Part shown: positions 42,340-56,665 of the stretch, one piece after another
Layout: every line of letters starts with the position of its first letter
How positions within the stretch are numbered: position 1 is the stretch's first letter
Source: the human T2T-CHM13v2.0 reference genome, Homo sapiens
Strand: one strand, 5' to 3'
DNA length: 64,000 nt
Assembly: GCF_009914755.1 (NCBI RefSeq)
Contig: NC_060938.1
The notes under the pieces: generated by a model
The model's database searches: none
What the model was told of the DNA's origin: nothing
Seen by the model: the letters and a program-made list of their open reading frames with translations, nothing else
Position numbers and translations under genes: made by a program

Positions 42340-43650
42340 TAAATAATGTTCTTCTCCTACAAATATGCTCCTCCCACAGTTTTCCTGTCATTTAATGAGA
42401 ACATCATCTGCCAGTTGCTCAAGTCCAAAATCTTAGAGTCATCCTGTACTTCGTTTTTCCTGCCTATTCTGCTCATGAACAAATCTCATTGACTCTACTT
42501 GACAGTTGTTAAGTTCTTGTCTCTCAGCTCTAAACCAGATCTATATTCTGTGATGCTGGCTCAGAATTCTACAAATCACACTGCTGATTTACCACCTTAT
42601 TGCCTGCGAGTTAATGCCAATAGGCAGAGTAGAGAGAGCTAAAGCAAGACTAGATGGCAAGAGGAGGAAGAAGGGAATATTTCCTCCCATTTTATTCCCT
42701 CTCAAATTTATTTACCTATTTCAGCTTTTCTTGAGGTATAATGTATATTATACCTCAATTAGGTATAACTGTGTATTATTAATACACACACTTTCATCAG
42801 TTTAGAAATATTTATACACCTGTGATAGTATCACCACAATTGAGATAACATATTCATCGCCTCCAAAAGTTTTCTTGTGCCCCTTTTTATAATTGTTGTT
42901 GTTGCTGTTCCTTCCTATGCTAAAGAACAGACTTGCATCTTTACCTTTACTGTCAGTAACACTTTCACTCCAAGAGTGGTGGCAAGTCATTCTAGTAATA
43001 GCAGTTAGAGCAAGTTTGCAGTTTTCTATGATTTTCAGAGTCATGTTCATCATACTCCTCCAGAGACATTACCACAAACTGAATCAACTGCCCTCCTCTG
43101 AGGTTTAGATCTTACCCTTCATGCTCAAAGGCTCAAACAACCACTGTGTAACACCAGTTTCTCAGATGCATGTGTTTCAGGTCCATGGGGGTGTTTAAGA
43201 ACTGAATGTTTGAATCCCCCCTTCACCACAAATTCATATGTGGGAGCCATAATCCACCATGTAGCTGTATTTGGAGATGGGGTCTCTAAGGTAGTAATTA
43301 AAGTTAAATGAGGTCATAAGGATGGGACCATGATTAAATAGGATTAGGTCTTTATAAGAAGAAATACCAGAGAGTTCATTCTCTCCTCTCTCTCTCTCTC
43401 TGCCTGTCTGCTGATAGATAGATGTATAGATATAGATATATACTCATATACTGTCCCTCCCATTCCCTGTACTTCAGCCACATCAACATCCTTTCTGCTT
43501 CTTTAACGCACCTATGCTATTAACTCTTGTTGGAACACACTTTGAAGATATTTGGCTATACCCCTCACTTCCTGCAGTTCTTCTGTGGCTACACTATTTA
43601 AAATTGGACCATACAATTCTCTATCCCTTTCACTCAGTTCTTATTTTTCC
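42340..43650. mobile_element. Nested old repeats: L2 (+) interrupted by an ERVL-type LTR, itself holding an L1M 3' end (-, ~42700-42945) and followed by MLT1A (+, ~43192-43400)
   Basis: L2 ccagttgctcaagtccaaaatcttagagtcatcc; L1M cagcttttcttgaggtataa...tcaccacaattgagataac; MLT1A gtatttggagatggggtctctaaggtagtaattaaagttaaatgaggtcataagg. Confidence 0.65.
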
Positions 43651-44619
43651 CACCTTTTCTTTTTTACTGTGTTTAATAACATTATAATACATTGTAATAA
43701 CACAAATTCAAAAAGAATGTCTAGAGTTTGACAACTGAATTGTGTCTGCTCTCTGTTCATAAAGGAGGGGATAGGTTGACTAGACCCATTAGAGAAATGG
43801 TAGTCAACCTTTTCTCAAGAAATTCCAGACCTATTATATACGTTTACATACATATATACAAATTCCCATATTACAGTATTATTTGATGTCTTTTTATATA
43901 TAAAATATATCCTTCTTTATGTATCACTCTTTAACTTGCTTTTTTCATGCACCAGTACTTCCTGAAACTATCGATATCAATATATTAAATTCTATCGATA
44001 CTTTTAACTGCTGTTTAATATTTTTATGCATAAATATACTGCACTTATGTATTTGAAAAAAAAAAGAAACCTATGGTTCCCATATTCCTAAATATCCTCT
44101 GGCCTGATTTCCCAAGATAAGGTTTCCAAAATGGACACCCCTCATCAAGAGATTCAGAAATTTCTGAAATCTCTTCAGCGGTTCCTGGTGTACCAGCCAA
44201 TCTTAGCACAGAAGTAGAGTGATTGTGCATGCCTACAGAGTCCTGGCTTATGCTGGTTGTCTTGGTATAGAATATTCATAGTATCACATTTCATTCTTTC
44301 ATTATAAAAACTGTTTCTCTTTTATAATAAATTATAGGAAAACAATATCAAAATCCTCCAATCAGTTGTTAAACTGGAGTGGACAACTACCACCCGGCAG
44401 TACAATACTGCATCCAGGACCCTGTTATATTTGAAAGATAATAAACACCTTTGGAACTCTTGAATTGTCAGGACTGCAAGATATCTAGGCTCAAGCATTC
44501 CATTATATTACAATGCTGCAACCTCAACTGTTATCTGATTAAATATTATGCATACTGTTTATAAAGAAAGATCCTATTATACTTAATATGTTCTGGAAAC
44601 TATATATTTTGTTAATTTT

Positions 44620-44760
44620 TGCTTATTATTGTCTCTCTTTCCCCTCTATAACATGATCATTTTAAAAACAGAAGTTTTCTTGTTTTGTTCACTGTTGTAT
44701 GCTCAAAATCTTATTTAGTGCCTGCAACATTGAAGGTGCTGAGTAAATATTTGTTGAAAG
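44620..44760 (+). mobile_element. L2a 3' end
   Basis: tgttttgttcactgttgtatgctc...agtgcctgcaacattgaaggtgctgagtaaatatttgttgaa. Confidence 0.75.
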
Positions 44761-45127
44761 CAATGTAGGTTCTGGAATTCATTCTATACTTGCCATCTCT
44801 AAAGTTGATCTTGTCGTTCTTACGATACTGCTTTCTAATATACTTTTTTTCTTCCTAAAGACAAAAAAGTCATTTTTAAAATAAAAGTGGAATTCTAGCA
44901 GTGGCTACTTCTTGTTAAATTTAGTTCACAAGCATTTAGGCTTCCCAAAGTCTCAATGGTGCGATGCTTTGTGTCTTTATTCTGTGATTCATTCACTTTT
45001 ATAAGCTAAATAATAAGTGCAAACTTGCAAAGGGGAACATATTAAAAGGGCACAGTGCATCAATTCATGAGCTTTGGGAATTTCTTAAAGTGTATTTGAA
45101 TGTTATACAAAAGCTATAAATATATGA

Positions 45128-45532
<405 letters not shown>

Positions 45533-47649
45533 AGATATTCAGTTATTCTTACATAAGATATTCACATATTTCCATGATAGCAAAATATATCATGTTGTTC
45601 TTGAAATATACTAAATAAAACCAATTATTAACTTTTCTCCAACATGTAGAAAACAGAAGCAGTGAATGTTAAGAACTAGACATTTTGATTTCAGTTGAAG
45701 ATTAAATAAAATTTCTTTAACTTTATGCATTTCTTCTCTTTTCATTTGACTACTAAATATTGTAGTTGGAGGCTGAACATGAGTGTGAGACTCCAAAAAC
45801 CTGTGATCTCATTTTACTTTTATTCCTCATGTGAGTCTGTACAAGTAACTCATCGCTAAAGTTTTTTTTTAAATCTGTTTAATGAGAAGGTAGAATTAAA
45901 TTTTCTTGTATCTTGCTGTATTGACATCTGATACTTTAAACCTTTAGAAAAGATAAATCAGATTTTTCATGAAAACATTAGAATTTAAACTTACAAATTA
46001 TTTAATGCTTTGAACTCTTGTTACTATTTTATCTTTCTCTACCTTTAAGAAGATATTATATGTCCATTAAAACATAGTGAACTCATACTGTCAAGCAGAT
46101 GCCACTAGAAGATAATGCTGCCTTCTTGGAGGGCATTTAGAAGAAAAGTATACCTTTCATAAAAGTGTCCTTGAATTCTCATTTAATCCCAATTCCTGTA
46201 AAAATATGGCTTTGATTTTTAAAAAATAGTTTAGTCTGTAATTTACAGAGCCCATAAGCCATCAGCCTTCAGTTCACATTAAGACTTAAGTCTCAAAGTT
46301 TTCTTCTGTGGTTTTAGGTGAAATTCATAGACCAAGCTTTCCTATTATACTAGTGTTCAGAAAACAGTCTTTTCCATTGCGTGACTCACTCGCCACCCTG
46401 ATGTGAATATTATCCATCACTTAATTTTTTTTCCTGCAAACTTCCAGTTTCAGCTTATATTCTGAGATACATTCGATAGTGATAGGTGGAGGAAAAGCAA
46501 TCCAAAATTCTGTGTGCTGTGGTATTGGTCCCTCCGTCTCACTCTCAGACTCACAAATCATTGAAAAAACAGAGCAACTAGACGGTAAATTCATCTTCAC
46601 ACAGTGAATTCTACAATTTAAAATCTATCTGTTTTTATAATGTACTTCTTTAATATAGTAACAGAAATCTCCCTTCTGAGGTCAAAGACCAATTCTGCTG
46701 GTTTTCTCCTTCTTGCTCTTCAACAACTTCATTTGTTGTTTAATCTCTCTCAGGGGTCAGAAATCTCTTCCCCATATGCTGAAACTTCCCATTTTTCAGC
46801 TTCAAGTAATTGCAACTTTCTATGTCTATTGGCTCAAAACAAGAGTGTGAATTTTTCATTTATGATTCTTCACATTGATGGTCTATTGTTCCCCAGCTAA
46901 ATTGGCGAGACACAAAGGGAAGCTATACATCGGCCATTCATGAGGATTATTTGTAAAGTGGAAACCTTAAAGGCAGGCTGGTTTGATAGCTTTTTCAACT
47001 CAAGTTTAGTAAATATGGCAACACACTTTCGTGTGTTCTGTGTTTGGAGCTGGTATAAAAAGATTAAATGCCTAACCTGAGTTGTGAATGTCTTTCCTCT
47101 AGGGTTTAGCAGAATATACACCAGATAGTAGAGGTAGCCAGTGCTAACTATATTTGAATATATTGCTTTAAGCCTAGACAACACAGGATAGTTTTTCCCC
47201 TTTCTTTAGAACAGCTATAGTATTGTCTGAACTGAAGATGACCAGAATGCTCACTGGCATATCAGACTTCTTCAGTACATCTGTCAGGTTGACATATTAT
47301 CTATCTCTATATAAGTATAGAAGCATGTCAACAAAACAGTCATATGAGTCATATAATAAGTATGAGATACAGCCACAGGAATAACAAAAAAATTGCTCTA
47401 GTATGAAGTTTTTGATGTATTCTGCATAGAAAACTTGTTAGTGGGGATAAATTTCAGTTAATAATGTTCCAGCAATTAGTTGTTTCTGCTCACTTATTTT
47501 GCTTACAATTTATTGTAGCAAATTTTAAGACTTATTGTTAATCTCCTACGACCCCAATCTTCTAACAAATTATTAATAGCAAATTTGTCTAAATAATGAA
47601 CAAAACCCCGCATACTGAATTTACTTAATGTCTTTTGTTATTTCATTTT

Positions 47650-50600
47650 CTTGATAACCTATTTTAAAGTATATATAAATTAGAAATGTACCAAGTAAAC
47701 AACTATCACCCAACAAAGAGTGTTAGCTTTACACCAGAATCATCCTTTTATCTCCTCCCATAAAAGGTAATAACTGTTCTGACTTCTACCATGGTAGATG
47801 AGTTTTGAACATGTATCACAATTTCTGTAAGGCATATTTCAAGGAGAGAATTGCACAGTAATAGCATATGTATATATAAAATTATATACATATATGATAT
47901 ATATATGTATATTCCAACAAGTTTTCCAAAGTGGTGTAATGAATTGTGATCATTGTAGCAGTATGTGAAAAACTCAGCTTTTTCATAGACTCTACAATAC
48001 TTGCAATTTTACTACTGTAAAAGTTTGTCATTCTACTGTGTATGTAGTGGTATCTCATTGGAATTTAATTTACATATTTATGGTCATTAATGAAATTAAC
48101 CATTTGTGTATACTTTTTGCTTTTTCAAGTCTTTTGCACATTTGTTTTGGTGAAGTTTTTGTTGACCACGTGTATTGAAAAAGACTTCCACTCTGTGGCT
48201 TGTCTTATAAGGGTGTTTTTTAATTAACATGAGTCTATAATTTTTCTTGTTTTTAATTGTGTAAATTCCAGCTGTACAGCATTATATATGCACATATGCA
48301 TAATATGTATAGACATGTACATAAATATATATGCATAATATGTATATATACATATATGTGATATAAATGATTACTGCAGTAAGCAATTTAACATATCCAT
48401 TATCTCACGTGGTTACATTTGTATGTGTGTGTGTTGACAGAGCACCTAAAATCTACTTTCTTAGACAATTTCCAGTGTACATTGCAATATTATTAAATAC
48501 AGCCCTCATGCTGTTAGTTTAGTTCTCTAGATTAGTTCATCCTACGTAATTGCAACTTTGTACCTTTTGGCCCACCTCTCTCAATTTCTCACCCACCCTC
48601 CCAACCTTGTTTTCAGTAGTCTTCCTCTCTGTTCTATTCTCTGTTTCTATAAAGCCATACTTTTAAAATTTGGATTCCACGTGTAACAGAGAGTATACAG
48701 CATTTTTCTTACTGTCTCTAACTTATTTCATTTAACATAATGTCGTCTTGTTCAATCCACATTGTGTCAAATGACAGAATTTCCCTTTTTAAAGCTGAAT
48801 AATATTCCATTGTACATATATATCCCAATTTCTTTATTCAGTCATCATTGATGAACACTTAGATTGTTTCCATATCTTGGCTATTATGAATAATGTTGCA
48901 ACAAACATAGGCGTGTATACACCTCTAAAAAGTGCTGATTTTTTTGGAGAGGAGGGGATATAACCAGCAGAGGGATTGTTGGATCATACAGTAGCTCTAT
49001 TTTTGGAAAACCTCCACTGTTTTCCATAATGGCTATACTAATTTGCATTCCCACCAACAGTGTATAAGAGTTCTTTTTTCTCAGCATCTTTGCCAGCATG
49101 TTTTTTTTTTTCTTTTTTGATAATAGCTATCTTAACAGGTGCAAGATAATACATCATTGTGGCTTTGATTTAAATTTTTCTGATGACTAGTAATATTGAG
49201 CACATTTTAATATACTGTTGGCCATTTTAATAAATTAATGTAGTCTAATTTTTCTGTCTTTCATTTTATGGATAATAAATTTAAAGTCATGTTTAAAAGA
49301 CCTTCCACCACCTCAAGTTATTTAAGATATTCATTATTATCTTCTGCAAACTTAACTGTTGTACTTGTCGTATTTGAAACATCATCTAAAATTGATGTTT
49401 TAAATATGAGTAAGGTGATATTCAAGCTTAACTTTTATACATATTGATATCCAATGAAATCCAAACTATTTGTTAAGAACACAGTTTTCCTTCAGTGCTT
49501 TGTTCTGCAGGATGAGCTTTTTACAAATTACTTTGCTGTGTATTTGTGTGTTTATTTCAGAACTCATTTTGTTGCCTTGGTCTTTCTGTCCATTCTTTTA
49601 TGATCATAACACTGTCTTAATTCCTGTAGTTTCATAACAGTACTAGACTCCTTCCAACTATATTCCTTATAAAACTTGTCTTGACCTTTTCTTAGCCATT
49701 TACTTTTGCATATAAATGCTACAATTATTTTGACAATTTCTATAAAAAATAATATTACCAAGAATAATAACTTTCTGGGTTCATACTGAATCTACCCATC
49801 TATTCAGAGAGAAGTTACAGATTTACAATACTGCCTTCTAATCCAAGAAAATTATGCATTTCTACATAGATTGAGGTTTCCTTTAATTTCTCTCAATAAT
49901 ATAATAAGTATCTGTTCAGAGGTTTTAGAACATCCTTCATTAGATTTATTAGTATTCTAGCAAAGCATTTTATAGACCTTGGGATAGTGGAACATCCTAA
50001 TCTCTTTTATGACCTCAAGAGATAGCTGTCATACAGACCTCAGAAATAATATGATATTTGTCATAAGTTATTAGTAGGTTTTTTATAAGAAACTAAAGAT
50101 TTTTCATTAGATTCCTAGTCAGATTAAAGTTTTAAAATCATAAATGGGATTTGAATGTTTATCAAATAATTCTTCTGAAGTAACCAGAAATAAGATAATC
50201 ATGAGTTAACCATGAGTTTTCTCTCTTATTCTGTTATTATTGTGTATTATTACTATATATTAAATATTAAGTTAACCTAACATTTCTAGATAAACCATAA
50301 GTTGACCAAAATGAAGTATGCATTTGATATATTGCTAGATTCAGTTTGCTATTATTAGATTTAGGATTCTCTGCATTTATCCTTAGGAGATAAATGATCT
50401 TCATAGTTTTTGCTATATTGTTTTCCAATTGCCATTTTCAACATTTGAGAGCAAATTTGTGCTGTAATAACTTAACTTGGAAGTGTTCTTTCATTTTCTA
50501 TTATCTATACTCTTTTGAATAAGTAACTAGTGAAATCCTAGTGACTAGTGATTCCCATAATGAGTTAACATAAGTTCTTTTTCTACAGATTTCATTTATT

Positions 50601-51175
50601 TTATTTATGGCATATATGACCCATCAGATTTTACATTATTCTTAAGTCACTTTGGAAATTTGTATTTTATAAATTTTAAAATAAATTGGCATCAAGTTAG
50701 TTAAAAATACCTTTTTATTATGACTTTAATTACTCTGGAATCTAATGTGATATCCCTTTTTCATTAATTATATGAGAAATTTGTTCTTTCTTTTGATTGT
50801 TGCCTAGTGTTAACAGAGTTTTTTTTTTTAATTTTTAAAGATACAGTTGTAGCTAATATGGTCTTCTCTATTAGACAATTGATTTCAACTTTATTAGTTT
50901 CTTCTTTTTTATAGTATTCTAATTTTTTTGTTTATAATTTGTCAGTTGGTTACTAATGTATTGAGATGCACATTTGTAATAATGATTTTCAGCATTCTTT
51001 TCTAATATATTCCTTTAATGCTGTAAACTTCACTGTGAAATTAGCTTTAGCTATATCTTATAAGCTTTGATATATATTTAATGTTATTCATTTTAATCCG
51101 TTTTCTAATTTCCAGTGTTGTCTTTTAATATTAGTTTTTTAAATATATTTATTAGTTTTTAACTTAATTCCACAT
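47650..51175 (-). mobile_element. Old L1ME/L1MC-type LINE-1 (3' UTR and ORF2), heavily decayed
   Basis: gttttccaaagtggtgt; gtagtggtatctcattggaatttaatttacat; atattgctagattcagtttgctattatt; T-rich reverse ORF2. Confidence 0.75.
48241..49226 (-). mobile_element. L1MA8/9-like 3' portion nested in the older L1
   Basis: aacatatccattatctcac...cacctaaaatctact; ORF 48884-49099 YTLLVGMQISIAIMENS..IELLYDPTIPLL. Confidence 0.88.
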
Positions 51176-51200
51176 TACCTCTTTAATGAAGAACCCCCCT

Positions 51201-52432
51201 GGTGATGGGGGAAGATGGCTTACTAGATGCAGCCAGGTGGAACAGCTGCCACCAAGAGGCAGAGATGACTAGCACACTCCGAGCAGGCCTTCAGAGAGAA
51301 GGCATTGAGAGTGGATGGAGGGAAGACACAGAGATAGGCTGATGGGGAGGAATCCGGGAACACTACATAGGGTTATCTTGAAACAGGATTTGTTCCTGGT
51401 CCCCAGTGACTCCAGGGGAACAGGTGAGTTGCACTGATAAGAAATAACCTGCTCTCAACACAGGTCCCTGGAATCCTGGCAGAAGGATACCCCTTGACTA
51501 TCATGGGCACTCTAGTTGGCAAGCAGAGTTGCTTAGAGAAGTGGTAGGGACAGAAGGCAGCTGATGTGTAGCCCAGAAGGTTTGCTGTGAGAACACCTGT
51601 AGTGGAACATGGCCAGGGACGCCCTACCCCATAGGGTTCACTTGCTCCCGTAATATTTTAGCCCTAGGGGAATTGTGGGACCTGAACTCAGCAGGGTGGT
51701 TTGACCCATCCAGAGCACCCGTTGGTCTACTGGCTTCTCTCAGGACCCCAGCCTAGCCACGCCTTCTTACAGGGTAGCCTCAGATGCCCTGGGGGCATGC
51801 ATGACAGCTTCTGTGCTGGTAGACTATGCTTGACTGGCAGAAAGCTCCAGCAGGGTAGCCCCCACTGCCACGCACCAGCCTACCCACTCCCTCCCCACAC
51901 TGAAGCTTTCCCTGGGCCCATGGCAAAGCCCCACATTGCTTTACTGGTGCATGAATGCACAGGTGAGGTTTGCCTTCCTTGTCCTGCCAGCGCACATGTG
52001 TGTGTGTGCACTCTGACCTGCCACTACTGTGATGGGAATGCACTCACCCATTCTCCTCCAACCAGACCACTATTGCAGTCAGAGCCTTGGTGGGCACAGA
52101 GCCAGTCAGCCCTGCACCCACCAGTACCCCACCCTTGTGCCAACACTGCTGCAAGAGTGAAACTGGGCACAAAGGGCAGCCAACCCTCCCCTTTCCTGAG
52201 CGACCACGCCTACCTGTGGCAAAAAGAGAAAACACACAGAAGCGTGCTTCCCACTGTCCTACCCCTGTAGTAACACCACAACCAGTGTGACTGCATGAGC
52301 TGTTGCCAGCAGGTGACCTCTGCCCTGCTAAGCTATGCTGCCTCCACCACTGTAGAAAATGCCCTCATGGAGGCAGGCACTCTGGTACCTGCTAACACCC
52401 TGCTGCACCTGGCTAACATGCACCCCACTGCA
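51201..52432 (+). mobile_element. L1 5' UTR (L1PA13-16/L1PB-type), isolated
   Basis: GC-rich; begins ggggaagatggcttactagatgcagccaggtggaacagctgccacc...gaaggcattgagagtggatggagggaagacacag. Confidence 0.7.
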
Positions 52433-53062
52433 AGTTTCTAATGATTTGCTTTAGTGAGTCATACAAAATAATTTCATCCTTTTTTCCATAGCCAATAATT
52501 ATATATCATGTTTTAATATACTAAAACCTGGAAGTCACCTCTGGGTTGACCATTTAAGTTTGATAGAGAAAGCCATTCTTGTATATTTCCATGAGTACTC
52601 AGACTTATCACTCAGAAAAACATTTTGGAGATGTCAGTAAAACTGATACTTGTTGATTGGGCACCCATAATTCCTCCTTATACATTCCCAAAAAGTATAT
52701 GTTTTAGCAGAAGTTAGAGACAGATCATTACACATTTGATTCTCTTTCATTTATGCAGTATACAAGGCAAGACATTTAAACATATACACATTTACTTTTG
52801 CAAATATTAATTTACTGAGGAACTGAGCAAATGGTAGAAAGTATTGTTACCTAGAGCAAAATGTCTTGAAGATCACCATGACCAATTCTTTCAAAGCACC
52901 ACATTTAATTACAAATCATAAACAGTGATAAAATATGACCACTTTTACATAGATAATATATTATAATTTTAAAACTTTTTATTATATGCCACTCTAGAAA
53001 CTTAGTTCCCTAAGCTCTCCTCTCCAAAAACATTCAGTGAATCTTTCAAGTCAAATCAACCA

Positions 53063-53410
53063 TCTTTGCAGGGACATGGATGAAGCTGGAAACCATCATT
53101 CTCAGCAAACTAAGACAAGAACAGAAAACCAAACACCGCATGTTCTCACTCCTAAGTGGGAGCTGAACAATGAGAACGCATGGACACAGGGAGGGGAATA
53201 TCACACACCGGGGCCTGTTGGTGGGTGGGGGTCTGGGGGAGGGATATAGCATTAGGAGAAATACCTAATGCAGGTGACAGGTTGATGGGTGCAGCAAACC
53301 ACCATGGCACATGTATACCTATGTAACAAAACTGCACGTTTTGCACTAGTACCTTAGCACTTAAAATAAAATTTAAAAAAAATTAAAAAAGAAAGAAAAT
53401 AAATAAAAAG
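53063..53410 (+). mobile_element. L1PA7/8-like 3' end with A-rich tail
   Basis: tttgcagggacatggatgaagctggaaaccatcattctcagcaaact ... gggtgcagcaaaccaccatggcac. Confidence 0.93.
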
Positions 53411-54296
53411 TAAGACTGAGTGTTTTAGTTATCACCTTTGAAATTAGTTTGTTTTCAATACTAGTGATAAAAACTTGAGGGCAAATCTGATTGTGAAAAT
53501 ATTAGGAAAAGCACTAAAATATCTTTAGGCAACTTAACAACTGTTTGAAATGTTAATGACAACCCCTTCTGTTACCTTGGAATTCATTCTTACTTAATTC
53601 CACATCCAGATATATAAAGCAACCATCTGTGAGCACAGAAATATCGAACTAGAATGATGTAAACTGTGAAAATAGCATTATTCTCTATTCTTTGCTTTAA
53701 TTTTTTTGTAGATGTTGGGGAAAAAGTGCAATCTTACCTATTTCTATAAAAATAGCATGTTAACATGTTAGTAGACTACACATTAACACTGATGATAGAA
53801 TTCTTTCTATTTCTACACTATCTTTCTGTAAAAATCTCAAAAAACACTGATACCTTAGGGGTTGCTGATATTTTTGTGAGGTGACTATGTGATGCCTATT
53901 TATCTTAAACTTTGATATTGATTCATAATGTTTTATGTCTCTGAAGACCTTGAGTGATACTGACAAGTTTATGAATAAGGAAGTGAATAATGCAGCTTGC
54001 TTTTATTAGCTAATTGGGGAATTCTTAATCAACATTATTACTTGTATTAGTACAAACATTACTCACTTGAAATACATTCTAAATAAATTTGAAACATTAT
54101 TAAATTTATCTTAACATTCCATTTCTTACTGATATTTTAGAGTTTTTGGCATTGACCAACACCTTCAATATCTTATTAAGAGGCAGAGGAGATGATATCA
54201 CAAGTTTCGAGTTGGACCAATGTGGTCTTGAATCTCATTCTAAAAATACTTGATTTAGATCCAATTGTCATTTTGTCCAAAGTAATTTTTGGATCT

Positions 54297-54707
54297 TGAT
54301 ATGGTTGGGATCTGTGTCTCCACTCAAATCTCAGGCTGAAATATAATCCCCAGTGTTGGAGGTGGGGCCTGGTGGGAGGTGGTTGGATCATAGGGACAGA
54401 GTTGTCATAAATGGTTTAGCATCATCCCTCCTTGGTACTGTATAGTGAATTCTCAAAAGAGCTAGTTGTTTTAAACTGTGTAGCACCTCTCCCCTGTCTT
54501 TCTTCCTCCTGCTCCGGCCATGTAAGACATGCCTGTTTCTCTTTCACCTTCCACCATGATTGTAAGTTTCCTGAGGACTCCCCAGAGACAGAAGCTGTTA
54601 TACTTCTTGTACAGGCTGCAGAACCATCAGCCAATTAAACCTGTTTTCCTTATAAATTATCCAGTCTCAGGTATTTCTTTGTAGCAATGCAAGAACGGAC
54701 TAATACA
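54297..54707 (+). mobile_element. MSTA-type MaLR solo LTR with 5-bp TSD
   Basis: tgatatggttgggatctgtgtc ... gaacggactaataca; TSD gatct/gacct. Confidence 0.92.
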
Positions 54708-54871
54708 GACCTTTAGTTAAGGTTCTCCAGTTTTCTCTAACTCTGGTTATCACTCTGTCTCTGTATCTCACTCTGTCTCTCTTTCTTTTTCAATATATAT
54801 TTATCTAATATTTGAATATATATCTATTTATCTATCTATAAATATATATTGAGGGATTGAGAGGAAGAGAG

Positions 54872-56190
54872 AGAGGGATATTCAAAAAGTTCAATAAAAA
54901 TATATGTATATGAAAAATTATGCATGTTATTTTGTGCAACAAAATAAATTTGTTATTACTTTCTGAATAGGATCTAGTTTGAGGCACTAAGAAGAATAAG
55001 ACACTAGTTTGAAAAGATCCCTTATGAGAGAAATGAAAATTACTAAAATTAAAGCAACAAATATTAAACTTATGGTGACGTTAAGGGGAAGAATGGTAAT
55101 ATCATTGCAGCTGTGTGAAAACTTGATGCAGACCATGCTCCAAGGAAATCAACAGTTTACAAATACATAACTTCTTTTAAGAAGAAATGAGATGATGTTG
55201 AATATGAAACCCGAAGCAGGTTTCATAATCTACATCTCAAATTCATCTACATGAATTTGCGAGAAAAAAATTAATCTTGTTTGTGCGCTAGTTGAAGAGG
55301 ACTAATGATTAACAGCAGAAACAATAGCCAACATCATAGACATTTAAATCGGTTCAGCTTACACAGGCAAGACTGAAAAATTTAAGTTGAGCAAAGCTTC
55401 CACTCAATAGGTGCCAAAACCATTGTGCCCAGAGGAGCTGTAGACAAAAGCAGAGGTTTCAACGAAAATTTTAAAAGTGGGATCAACATCCTAAAGCATT
55501 TCTTGGAATAATTGTAACAGGAGATGTAACAGCTTTAACAGTGTGATCAGGAGATAAAGCCCAATCATTGTCAGCAATGGCTACCTAGAAGTGGAGATGG
55601 TCCGGTCAAAGCAAAAGTAGACCAGTCCAGAGTAAATGGTCATGGCAATCATTTTGATGGATGCTCAAGGCATTTTACTTGTCTTTCTTCAGGGCTAAAG
55701 AATATAACATCTGTTTATTATGATAATAATTTGAGAAAGTCAGTCAAAGTTTTAGCAGAAAACTGCCTGGAAAAGATTCACTAGAGTCTTCAACATGACC
55801 AGCCTGCTTCTCATTCCTCTCATCAAACAAGGGCAATTTTGCAGAGTTTTGATGGAAAATAATTAGGCATCCACTTTACATTCCTGATTTGGCTCTTTCT
55901 GAATTCATAGGCATCCACTTTACATTCCTGATTTGGCTCTTTCTGAATTCATTGTTTTCTAATCTTAAAAAAATATTTAAAGGTCATTCATTTTTCTTCA
56001 GTTAATGTAAAAAGACTGCATTGACATGATTAAATTCCCAGAACCCTCAGTTCTTTAAGGATGGACTAAATGGCTGGCATCATTACATACAAAAGTGTTT
56101 TGAATGTGATGGAGCTAATGTTGAGAGATGAAACACATTTTTAGTTTTATCTTTTAATTCTATTTTTCATAAAATTTTTGGAGTCATACA
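54872..56190 (+). mobile_element. Hsmar2 mariner transposon, near full length, transposase disrupted
   Basis: TIR gagggatattcaaaaagttca; ATG at 55033; KLSKASTQ*VPKPL (WVP motif, TGG>TAG at 55408); IVTGD at 55511; HPLYIPDLALSEF (YSPDL motif); right TIR tttttcataaaatttttggagtc followed by TA. Confidence 0.93.
55864..55951. repeat. Perfect 44-bp tandem duplication
   Basis: taggcatccactttacattcctgatttggctctttctgaattca twice. Confidence 0.98.
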
Positions 56191-56201
56191 TATATAAAAT
56201 C

Positions 56202-56665
56202 TTGTCACATTTCCATAGCTTTGACTTGTTAGGCACAATGTGCCTAGATATGGATTTAGATAGTTTATTACTTTTACTTAAGGCACAGCAGGCAGCATCA
56301 GTTTTTTGCTTGCATTGATTCTCCTAGCTGCCAAGTTCCATTCAGGCAAGGCAGAGACAGACTTGGGCTCACCATGGGTTTTTGTCAAAGCCAAGGATCA
56401 CCCAGTTTAGGAAACCCTGAACCTTATAAAAGGGCTTCTGGAAAACGTGCCTATCCTCTTTCTGGAGAGAAGCATTATCTTTACTACCCTAGATTTTAAG
56501 CAAAATTTGACAGAGAAAGGGAAAGATCTTTATGAATACTACCCCTAAATATATCTAGAAATTGAATTGTTATCTATCTGGAATTTAAGTGAATCTGAAC
56601 AAATAATTATTAATTTATAGACATGAACAAACATAAGAGATTCATGGGGAATTATATCTCTAAGT
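56202..56665 (-). mobile_element. Old LTR-like element, family unassigned
   Basis: Starts tgtcac; reverse poly-A signal gatagtttattac; ccttataaaagggc. Confidence 0.4.

Noticed and set aside
51701-52270. 189-aa ORF in the GC-rich block
   Set aside because: Non-ATG start, no recognisable domain, lies in an L1 5' UTR-like repeat where stop codons are scarce
55864-55951. Direct repeats as a possible CRISPR-like array
   Set aside because: Only two adjacent copies with no spacer, in eukaryotic DNA with no cas genes
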